Shown one piece after another: positions 1 to 10,064 of a stretch of DNA of 11,973 nt. A program made the translations under genes and the position numbers. Positions within the stretch are counted from its first letter, which is position 1, and each line of letters opens with the position of its first letter. Where the stretch lies: positions 416,713-428,685 of the forward strand of contig JAWQFM010000014.1 in the NCBI GenBank assembly GCA_033442325.1, read 5' to 3'. The DNA comes from Salpingoeca rosetta. Lineage: Eukaryota; Protista; Choanoflagellata. Under the pieces are notes generated by a model, which did not search any database, had not been told where the DNA came from, and saw nothing but the letters and a program-made list of their open reading frames with translations.

Positions 1-29
1 TTGTGTTCCTTCCATCATCACACTATCAG

Positions 30-890
<861 letters not shown>

Positions 891-1039
891 TGGCATACTC
901 AACCCGGCGATCAAAGGAAGATCGCGCACACATGCACAACATCCTCACAACACACATGCACACACAGCACCCTCACAACAGACCCACACTCGTTTTTTCT
1001 TGTGCTTGGTCTGTCGTGTCGCTGTGCGCTCTGCTTCAT

Positions 1040-1139
1040 NNNNNNNNNNNNNNNNNNNNNNNNNNNNNNNNNNNNNNNNNNNNNNNNNNNNNNNNNNNNN
1101 NNNNNNNNNNNNNNNNNNNNNNNNNNNNNNNNNNNNNNN
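1040..1139. other. Assembly gap (100 N, probably of unknown size)
   Basis: Run of exactly 100 N. Confidence 0.98.
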
Positions 1140-1703
1140 TCGACAGCACCCCCACGACGGGCCAGCACAGACATACCACACAACAACGATCATGTTGGTT
1201 TACACCCATACACTACACTCCCTGCCTTTGTGTGCACTTTGTTTGCTGTGTACGTCTGCGGGTGTGTCTGTGTCGGCGTTCATTTACTTTGTGTGTTTGC
1301 GCGTGTGTGTTTGCGTGTGTGTGTGTGTGCGTGCGTGTGTGTGCGTGTGTGTGAAGGTGAAACAGCACAGCATGTGAATTAAATGTGGCAGGTGTACGCA
1401 CGCTTCTTCACGATGATGTGGAGCAAAGAGCGCCTGCTGTCGCGGCCCATGATAGAGTTGATCATCACCATGATCGTCTCCACAGCACCCCTGCAATGTG
1501 CGACGCCAGGTGAGCGACTCACACCCGATGACGAGGACAAGCAACATGCGCTCACGCACATGAAACACCTGCACGCACGCACACATACGCACACGCGCCC
1601 GTAAGCACGCACACACAACGATGTACACGTGCAAAGCATGCACCCGCGTGTACACAATGCCAACCTCAAACTCGCACTCGGTGTCACAATACCACAGACA
1701 CAG

Positions 1704-3781
1704 GCACATGAGGGAAACGGGCTCGCATGCGCACCAATCATCGGATGGCGATGGCAACAAGTGGTGTTACGTTGACGCCACGTGCCCCTCAGCCACCGTG
1801 GACAGCGACTTCCCAGCCCTGCACCGCGCGCCCTGTGGCCTGTTCCCAGACTGTACGGACTTCTACCTCACCCGCATCTGTGCCGTGGAGCAACCCGCGT
1901 GCGAGCACGGGTTCACACGCATCAACAACCGCTGCTACAAGGTGGCGACCACGGCATCGACTGCCGGCAATTCTCCGATCACCACATCCTTTGCAGGCGC
2001 TGTGGACGCGTGCAGCGTGGACAATGCGACCGTTGTTAGCCTGCACTCTCTGCCCGAGACGGAGAACGTGGTGCAGCTGCTGCGAGACGCCGGCGTGACC
2101 AGCGCCTGGATCGGCCTGCGCACCACAGAAAATGGGGATGTGGCGGGCGGTGTTGACTACATGTGGGTGGATGGCACCCCGTTTGGTGACGTGAACAGCT
2201 TGGGTACGTTTGCCAACTGGGCAGATGGCCAGCCCACCGCGCAGGGTGGCAAGGACGGCTGTGCGTATCTCGACCTGACCAAGGACGCTGCAACAGCAAG
2301 CAACAGCACGGGTGATGACAAGCGTGCTGCTGGCCTTTGGTATGATGACGGGGTGTGCACCGCCCAGCGCGCAGTCGTCTGCAAGAAGCTGTCACCGATT
2401 GTCACGCCATCGTGCGCCTGCACGGGGCAGACCAACAGCGACGGTGATGGTGGCGCATGTGGCACCTGGTGCTATGTGTCACAGTACTGCCCACGCGCCG
2501 TTGAGGACCAGGACAACGAAGGCCTCTTCTGGGCGATTTGCCCGCGGCACTTCCAGACATCAACGACTTCAACCATGCCTGCAAGCAGCACGGCGCCACC
2601 CGAGTCCACGACAGGCGGCACCACCACAACAGCGGCACCAACGTGCCATGAGATGGACCCTTCCACGTACACGCGGGACGATGGCACATGTGCGCAGTGC
2701 ACGACCACGGACGACTGTGACACCAACCAGGTCCTGCTTGGCGAGTGTGGCATGTTCACCACGCCCGTGTGCGTTGCCTGTGACAGCACGTGTGCCGCGT
2801 GCTCTGCCCTGGGTGCAGACAAGTGCACAAGCTGTGCTGATGGGTACGTGTGGTCGCTGGATGGCAAGCGCTGCGTGTCTTCGTGCCCGCTCGGGCAGTT
2901 TGCAGACACCTCAGCAGGGCAGTGCAAAATGTGCCACGACACCTGCGCGACGTGCGATGGAACAGCAGATAACGCGTGCCTCTCCTGTGCGCCGGCATCG
3001 AACCTCTTCCTGCAGCCCAACGACAACAGCGGCGGCGGTGGTGGTGACATGTCCCGGGCGCGTGGTGTGTGTGTCGCCGAGTGCAACCGTGGGTTCTTTG
3101 CGAACCAAGAGTCGCAGCGGTGCGTGGCATGCGCGTCGTGCAACAAGGACACTGATGGCAACGCGTTGTACGAGGTGACACCATGCACGGCGACGGCTGA
3201 TGCTGTATGTGCTCGCGTCACGGCGTGTGCAGAGGACGAGTATGAAACGGCAGCGCCCACGCCAACAAGCAACCGCGTGTGTCGGATGCTCACGCCGTGC
3301 AAGGCTGGTGAATATGAGCTGAAGGCTCCAACAACAACCACAGATCGAAAATGCACGCAGTGTGCAGCCGGCACGACAGACCTTGATCCAAACAGCATCA
3401 ACGCGTGCACGACCTGTGATGCTGGCACGTACACGCCGCCTGGCCACGTTGGCCCCTGTCCCAAGTGCCCTGCCGGCACTGCGGACGATGACAGCGACCC
3501 TTCCACACCGTGTGCGGCGTGCATGCTCGGCCAAACCTATGCAGCAGCAGAGGGCAGCCTGTCGTGCTCTCGCGTGGACATGTGCGCACCGGGCGAGGAG
3601 GAGGCGCTTCGCCCCACCACCACCCGCAACCGCGTGTGCGTCGCATGCACGATGGGGACGTTCAACGCCATTGGTGGCAACGGCACGCGCTGTGTCCCGT
3701 GGACCACATGTGGTGCGGGCATGCAACCGAGCAACGACGCCCCACCAAGCGCCTCACAGGACCGCACGTGCGTGCCGTGTG
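1704..3781 (+). CDS. Receptor long exon: WCYV module, C-type lectin-like domain (1900-2388), WCYV module (2413-2544), Thr/Ser linker, furin-like repeats (~2779-3133), TNFR-like repeats
   Basis: Open frame with CEHGFTRINNRCYK..CS..NATVVSLHS..E..WIGL..WVDGTP..NWADGQP..C..WYD..C..VVCKK (CTLD), CDSTCAACS..KCTSC..CHDTCATCDG..CLSC (furin-like) and PTPTSNRVC-type repeats. The start at the AG ending 1703 is tentative. Confidence 0.85.
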
Positions 3782-6700
3782 NNNNNNNNNNNNNNNNNNN
3801 NNNNNNNNNNNNNNNNNNNNNNNNNNNNNNNNNNNNNNNNNNNNNNNNNNNNNNNNNNNNNNNNNNNNNNNNNNNNNNNNNNNNNNNNNNNNNNNNNNNN
3901 NNNNNNNNNNNNNNNNNNNNNNNNNNNNNNNNNNNNNNNNNNNNNNNNNNNNNNNNNNNNNNNNNNNNNNNNNNNNNNNNNNNNNNNNNNNNNNNNNNNN
4001 NNNNNNNNNNNNNNNNNNNNNNNNNNNNNNNNNNNNNNNNNNNNNNNNNNNNNNNNNNNNNNNNNNNNNNNNNNNNNNNNNNNNNNNNNNNNNNNNNNNN
4101 NNNNNNNNNNNNNNNNNNNNNNNNNNNNNNNNNNNNNNNNNNNNNNNNNNNNNNNNNNNNNNNNNNNNNNNNNNNNNNNNNNNNNNNNNNNNNNNNNNNN
4201 NNNNNNNNNNNNNNNNNNNNNNNNNNNNNNNNNNNNNNNNNNNNNNNNNNNNNNNNNNNNNNNNNNNNNNNNNNNNNNNNNNNNNNNNNNNNNNNNNNNN
4301 NNNNNNNNNNNNNNNNNNNNNNNNNNNNNNNNNNNNNNNNNNNNNNNNNNNNNNNNNNNNNNNNNNNNNNNNNNNNNNNNNNNNNNNNNNNNNNNNNNNN
4401 NNNNNNNNNNNNNNNNNNNNNNNNNNNNNNNNNNNNNNNNNNNNNNNNNNNNACTTTACCAGGGTGTGCGATGACATTCACGACTGCCCGTCTGGGTCCT
4501 ACCAAGTCCACCCGCCCACGCCTGTGTCCGACAGAGGTGCGTGCGTGTGTGTGTGTGGGTGTGTGGGTGTGTGGGTGTGGGGGGGGGGGTTGACCCGCTT
4601 GATGCTGTTCCTTATTGCTGTTTGCCTGTTTGTTGCGTTTGTTTTGAACGCACGGGCAGATCGTACCTTGATCACACACGCTCACGCACACACTCTCACT
4701 CATCCACGCACACACACACACACACACACTCGCGCACACGAACACAAAATTGGTCATGCGCCCCATGCTGTGTTTCTGCCTGTTCCGCAGTGTGCGCTGG
4801 CCTGACCACTTGCGGGGAATATGAGGTCGTGGCGATGGAGCCCACGCCGACATCAGACCGAGGTGAGGTGAAGCAATGTTTTGTGCAGTGGCTGCACGCA
4901 CGAGAATGAAACCTGGCATAGCAGTGTGGCCATGTGCGCACTCACAACCATACACACACACATGCGCGCGCACGCACACGAACAACACCCCCTGTCGCGT
5001 ACCCACGCACACACACACACACATACACACACACTACATTACCCCATCCCTCCCCACATTGACAGTGTGCGAGTCGTGCGATGGCACGAGCGAGTACTTC
5101 AAGGAAGGCGAGTGCGTTGCGGTGACCGAGTGCCCGCCTGGTATGATCACGCTCGCTGATCCAACACCCTCGACGGACCGCACGTGCACGCGCTGCCCCA
5201 ACAAGCACTTCAAGGCCACAGCAGGGCAGGAGGAGTGCCAGCCGTGGACGGACTGTGTTGTTGGCGAGGTGGTGACAACCGCGCCAACAGCAACCTCCGA
5301 CCGCGTGTGCCAGCTGTGTGACCCCACATACAATCAGTATTCCAGCAACCCGACCGCCACGCAGTGCGAAAACGCAACGGTGTGCGAGCCTGGCACATAT
5401 GTCGACGTCCCTCTCACATCGACACGCGACCGCAAGTGTAAGCCGTGTCCGTCTGGCACCTTCAGCAACGAGGCCAACATGGCATCGTGCACACCCGTGC
5501 AGCCGTGTTCCGTTGGCTCTGGACTTGTGACGGCAGCCACACCCTCCACTGATCGCGTCTGTGCACCGTGCTCGCCACCGCACACGTTCTCCTCCACGCC
5601 AACACTGGAAGCGTGCGCGCCCGTGAGTGACTGTGCGCCCGGCTATGAAGAGGACACACCACCCACGCTCACCACCGACCGAACATGCACCCCATGCGAG
5701 GCCACGGTGACGTTCAAGGCGGAGAGCGGACAGGCAGCGTGCCAGAGCGTGAGTGCGTGCCCTGCTGGCCAGGAGGAGGACATTCCGCCAACAACATCCA
5801 GCGATCGTGTGTGCAAACCGTGCGGTGATGGCACCTTCAAAGCAGGGGAAGCAGGCATGTGTCAGCCGCACCGAGGGGTGTGTCAGCCTGGCACGCACGA
5901 GGTGACATCGCCAACCACCAGCACGGACCGCAGCTGTGAATCCTGTCTGGTTGAGAACAGCGAGTACCAGGACGAGCAAGGTGTGTATTTGTGTGTGTGT
6001 GTGTGTGTTTGTGTGTGCTTGTGTTTGTGTGTGTTTGTGTGTGCTTGTGTGTGTGTGTGTGTGCTCGTGTGTGCGCTTGTGTGTACTTGTGATCGTGCTT
6101 GTGTGTGTGCTCTTTTTTTTTGTGTGTGTGTGCATTTTTTTTGTTGTTACATGTAACTGTGGGTTTCTGCCGCTATTGTGCCACGTGCATGGATCGCGGG
6201 AGCAGAGACTCAAGTGACTCAGAGACCGCCAAAAACGTGCATTGCCAGTCCACTCACCATAACTTTCACCGCATCTCCCCACCGCTTCCCTTCTTGATGT
6301 TTTTTTTGTTCACAGACAAGAGCACGTGCAAAGTACTGACAACGTGTCGTCCCGGGTCGTACGTGAGCGTGATGCCGCTGCCAGCGCAGAACCGCGAGTG
6401 CACGGCCTGTCCCGCTGGTTCCTATTCCGACACCGAGAACGCAGCACAGTGCACACCATGTGGCGAGGGCGAATATCAGGACGCGCGCTCGAGTGTCAAG
6501 TGCCAGCCCGCGCGCGTGTGCGGCGTTGGCGAGTTTGTGTCTGCTCCCGCCACTTCTTCATCGGACACGCAATGCGGTCGCTGCGACGGCACCACGGAGT
6601 TCCAAAACGAACCGGGTACGAAACAGTGCAAGTGTGCATATGTGTGTGTGTGTGTGAAGTACGTGTGTGTGTTTGTTGTGCGTACATGTGTGTGTGTGTG

Positions 6701-9382
6701 AAGTACGTGTGTGTGTTTGTTGTGCGTACATGTGTGTGTGTTTGTTGTGCGTGCATGTGTGTGTGCGTGTGTGTTTGTTGTGCGTGCATGTGTGTGTTCG
6801 TGTGTGCGTGTGTTGGTCCTTGTGCGTGCATGTGTGTGTGTGTGTGTGCGCACTGCGCATGCCTGGTGGCTTTTAATTTGTCTCTCACAATCCACTACTA
6901 ATCTTTCCCTTGTTGTCTTCGTGTCTTGTTCTTCACCCCCCACCACTACCACCACACCACCACACCACCACACCACCACACCGCCTACCTGTAGACCAAA
7001 CCTCGTGCAAGCCCGTGCGCGTGTGCGGTTCGCTGGAGGAGCAAGTTGTGCCACCGACAGCTGTGAGCGACCGCGTGTGCCAGTGCAAGCTCGGCGTCGG
7101 TTACGTAGACAACGGCGCCACCGCGTGCACGCCCGTCTCCGTGTGCCAGTCTGGCCACGTGGAATTTCTCCCCGCCACGCGCACTTCTGATCGCGTGTGC
7201 GTGATGCGGGGCAGTGCGGGCTCGCTCCAAGTGCAGTTTCGCGCCGACTTTTCCATCCTGCAAAACGCGGAGGAAGAGGCGACGTTCCTTCAGCTGCTGT
7301 TCTCCGCATTGCGCAACACCACCCTCAGCGCACGTGGCGGCGTGCCTGCAGGCAGTGACGACGTGTACTTCAAGGGCGTGCTGTCGGCAGGCAGCATCCT
7401 GGCCGATGTGGGCGTGTCCAACGGCAGCCTGGTGCCCATGCTCCAAGGCGCTGTTGAGAGCGGTCATGTGGCGTTCTGGTGGCGCGCAAAGCAGCAGCGC
7501 TTTGTTGCTGTGCTGGCGGGGCCCTGTCCACCAGGTTACATCTCGCCCTCGGGCTCACGGCCAAACTGCACCGCGTGCCCCGCCAACACACACGTGCGTA
7601 CGCGGTGCTTGTAGGGTGGTGCGTGTGTGTGGGTGGGTATGTGCGTGTGTGTGGGTGAGAATGAGTGAGTGAGTGAGTGAGTGAGTGTGTGTGCGAGTGA
7701 GTGAGTGTTTGTGGAATGTGAGTGTGTGTGCGTGTGTGCGTGAGTGCGTGAGTGCGTGAGTGAGTGAGTGAGTTGTGTTTGTGTGTACGAACAAGTGTTT
7801 GTCCTCTGTTTCACATCTGGCATTTCTGCGTATTGCTTTTGACTTCCCACTTCTTCGTTTTTCACAAACCAGGCAAATGATGCGGCCACGGTGTGCACGC
7901 CGTGTCCTGATGGCTGGACATCACCCGAGGGCAGCGCTGACACAAACAACTGCCAGCCGCCTGTGACGGTGTCTCCCACGCCAACAACTACCCCGCAAGG
8001 TGACATTATTGTTGTGTGTTGATGCTCATGATGTTGGTGTCTGTGTTGAGGCTGATGTCTGTCGCAATGAAACGTGCGTTGGTGTTTCATTCCTCGGCAC
8101 ATTGTGCGCTTGGTTGGTGTTGTGCCTTTTCCTTGTTGAGCGGCGACCATCGCTAACGCTGCTGCTCTGTATCATGTCGCTGTGTTGTTGTTTGTAGGTG
8201 GCACGCGCTCCCCAGAGAAGTCCAGCAACACTGCCGCTGGCAACACGGGTCTCATTGTCGGCATCGTCGGTACGTCACGCAGTCATCAAAGTGGTGGTGG
8301 TGGTGGTGGTGGCAATGATGGATGGTGGATGGGAACGTGGAGGGGTTGATAGCGCTGCCCATGCATGCCGCATGCATGTGACATGCTTTGCCGTCTCTCA
8401 CATGACTGCACACACACACAGTTGGAGCACTGGTGCTTGGTGCGTGTGTTGTTGTGGCAGCCCTCATTCTCCGCCGTCGCCGTGCACATGTCCTGCAACC
8501 TCCCCGCAAGTCCCGAGGTGCGTCCGCGCACGTGTGTGTGTGTGTGTGTGCGTGTGTGTGTGTACATTGCGTGTGCGTGTGCGTAAATTGTGTGACTTAG
8601 CCGCACCTGTTGCACAGCGTGCATGCTGTTGTCATCCATACTTTGCCCTTGACATTTGCTAGCGTTGCAATGTCTCACGACGGCTTGTTCCTCGTCCCTC
8701 CACCTCTTCCACCTCTCTTCCCTGTCACCTTTTCACGTCCTGTTTAACAAAATCAACAGATGGCCAGCAAAGCGCATTCCACAACCCGCCGTATGAGGAT
8801 CCAACGTCGCTGACGCGTGGTGGAGATGCCGACACTGGCTACGACAACGTGCCTGGCTATGGCGAGGGAGACGGTGGCTATGACCATGTTCCCGGCATTG
8901 GGCCTGCGCTGTCCAACCCAACGTATGACACGGCGCTGTTTGCCAGCGCCGATCCGCCATACGACACGCTTGACGCCGCCCTCGACGAGGACGACAACAT
9001 GCAGCACGTGCACGGGTACCTCGACGTTGTTGGGTTGCAAGACCAGTGGTGTGGATACGGATGCCATTGTCGCAATGTGGTTGTTCTTAAGCATCCCCTT
9101 TTCCGTTCCAATCTTGGCCTTCCCCGTCTCCCTCTGTTCGTTGCCAACAATGTCCAATTTGCTGAAGCGCCTTGCATTCACGACTGGATCGCCGTTGAAC
9201 GCCAAGTACATTCATCTATTCATTGTCCACTGCTGTGGCATCTGGGAGGGAAGGCGATCGTTGCTTGGCTTTCACGAAAATCAATTGGAAATTTTCACGA
9301 GAACGGAAGAAGAAGGACCATGCCATCATGGTGTGTATGTATGCCAGGTGCTGTGGCCGTTACACTGTCTCCCCAAGAGTGA
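1704..9382 (+). CDS. Large single-pass membrane receptor/adhesion protein (C-type lectin-like + furin-like + TNFR-like Cys repeats + SEA-like + TM + Tyr-motif tail), whole gene model
   Basis: Exons ~1704-3781[gap], [gap]4453-4536, 4791-4862, 5066-5980, 6316-6615, 6995-7593, 7873-7999, 8198-8269, 8422-8517, 8760-(9382). All eight junctions after the gap are GT-AG and preserve frame and repeat motifs. The 5' start and exact C-terminus are uncertain. Confidence 0.85.
3782..4452. other. Assembly gap (671 N) inside the receptor gene
   Basis: N run; the same repeat type is encoded on both sides. Confidence 0.98.
4453..4536 (+). CDS. Receptor exon (3' part after gap): FTRVCDDIHDCPSGSYQVHPPTPVSDR
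   Basis: Repeat motif; donor GTGCGT at 4537, phase 1. Confidence 0.85.
4791..4862 (+). CDS. Receptor exon, one 24-aa repeat: VCAGLTTCGEYEVVAMEPTPTSDR
   Basis: Acceptor ttccgcag, donor GTGAGG; 72 nt, phase 1-1. Confidence 0.88.
5066..5980 (+). CDS. Receptor exon with 7 TNFR-like ~42-aa Cys repeats
   Basis: Acceptor ttgacag, donor GTGTGT; 915 nt, phase 1-1; C..G......PT.TSDR.C..C..G.F motifs. Confidence 0.92.
5981..6135 (+). repeat. Degenerate (TG)n intronic microsatellite
   Basis: TG-rich run directly after the donor site. Confidence 0.85.
6316..6615 (+). CDS. Receptor exon, Cys-rich repeats (DKSTCKVLTTCRPGSY...EFQNEP)
   Basis: Acceptor ttcacag, donor GTACGA at 6616; 300 nt, phase 1-1. Confidence 0.88.
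6632..6850 (+). repeat. TG-based intronic minisatellite with a 44-nt higher-order duplication
   Basis: gaagtacgtgtgtgtgtttgttgtgcgtacatgtgtgtgtg starts at 6656 and again at 6700; tttgttgtgcgt(a/g)catgtgtg occurs four times. Confidence 0.85.
6995..7593 (+). CDS. Receptor exon: two Cys repeats, SEA-like module, start of ephrin-receptor-like Cys repeat
   Basis: Acceptor cctgtag, donor GTGCGT (phase 0); Cys-free alpha/beta segment LQVQFRADF...LSAGSILADV, then CPPGYISPSGSRPNCTACPANTH. Confidence 0.88.
7618..7786 (+). repeat. (TG)n/(GAGT)n intronic microsatellite
   Basis: gagtgagtgagtgagt and tgtgtg runs. Confidence 0.85.
7873..7999 (+). CDS. Receptor exon: ANDAATVCTPCPDGWTSPEGSADTNNCQPPVTVSPTPTTTPQ
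   Basis: Completes the ephrin-receptor-like (GCC2/GCC3) Cys repeat; acceptor aaccag, donor GTGACA. Confidence 0.87.
8198..8269 (+). CDS. Receptor exon: stalk and start of TM helix (GGTRSPEKSSNTAAGNTGLIVGIV)
   Basis: Acceptor tttgtag, donor GTACGT; 72 nt, phase 1-1. Confidence 0.87.
8422..8517 (+). CDS. Receptor exon: rest of TM helix and basic stop-transfer (VGALVLGACVVVAALILRRRRAHVLQPPRKSR)
   Basis: Acceptor cacacag, donor GTGCGT; 96 nt, phase 1-1. Joined TM is LIVGIVVGALVLGACVVVAALIL followed by RRRR. Confidence 0.88.
8760..9382 (+). CDS. Receptor cytoplasmic tail exon with Tyr motifs (NPPY, YDNV, YDHV, NPTY, YDTL, GYLDV)
   Basis: Acceptor caacag in phase 1; acidic, Gly/Pro/Tyr-rich to ~9030. 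The frame stays open to TGA 9380-9382, but the part after ~9045 is doubtful. Confidence 0.75.
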
Positions 9383-10001
9383 GTGAGGGCTTGAGGGTGC
9401 TGTTGTGTGTTGTGGTGTGCTGGGTGCTGTGTTGTGGTGTTGTGTTGTGTTGTGCTGTGTGCTGTGTATGTGGAGGGGTCTTGCTGCAGCACCAACCTTG
9501 ACCAAAGACTGCATTGCACTGTCCACATGGCCAATTGGTTGTCCTGACTTCTTTGTGTGGCTTGGGTTTGTTGTCACACATAATGCTGTCATGGATATTG
9601 TAGGGGGTGCTACTGAACACACGCTTGGGAACTCCCATCGCGCCTGTCACGCCACGATACGCCACCGCTTCCTCCAGTAAGCACCACGACCACAAGTTAC
9701 ATGTCTTCTGGCACGCTCACTTGGGTTCACATCCATGATCCTATGATTCAGACGCGCACGCGCACGCAAACATACAACACATACACACGCCCATCACACA
9801 TGCACAAAGCTATTCACACATGCACTTGCATTCACCTTGCACTCGCTGGCAGCTGCGCTACTTGACACCGGCACATACACACACACACACACACACCGTC
9901 AGTGTCTACTGCATCCAGCTCAGCACATTTCACAGCCAGGTTCCTCTGTGGTCGTGTGCGATCGACGTGAGCATGGTGCTTGCAGCACAACTGCATGCCA
10001 A

Positions 10002-10029
10002 ACAACAACAGCAACAGCAGCAGCAGCAA
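10002..10029 (+). repeat. (CAA/CAG)n trinucleotide repeat
   Basis: caacaacagcaacagcagcagcagcaa. Confidence 0.8.
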
Positions 10030-10064
10030 CGCTCAGGCGCCCCTCGCGTAATCCACATTCATCG

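Noticed and set aside
1900-2388. Identification as Rosetteless or as a receptor tyrosine kinase
   Set aside because: Rosetteless is a secreted lectin without this Cys-repeat/TM architecture, and no kinase motifs follow the TM helix.
1621-4593. Single 990-aa ORF as given in the track
   Set aside because: It runs through the N gap, the post-gap coding frame is different (FTRVCDDIHDC), and the ATG at 1621 lies in intron-like CA-rich sequence.
2472-6282. Long minus-strand ORFs (2472-3524, 3537-5030, 4942-6282)
   Set aside because: Antisense shadows of GC-rich + strand exons, or read-through of Ns; no motifs of their own.
6632-6850. CRISPR-like repeat array
   Set aside because: TG-derived tandem repeat with no unique spacers, inside a eukaryotic intron.
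9044-9367. hAT-like element bounded by CAGTG...CACTG
   Set aside because: Only 5 bp of inverted match, no target-site duplication and no transposase similarity.
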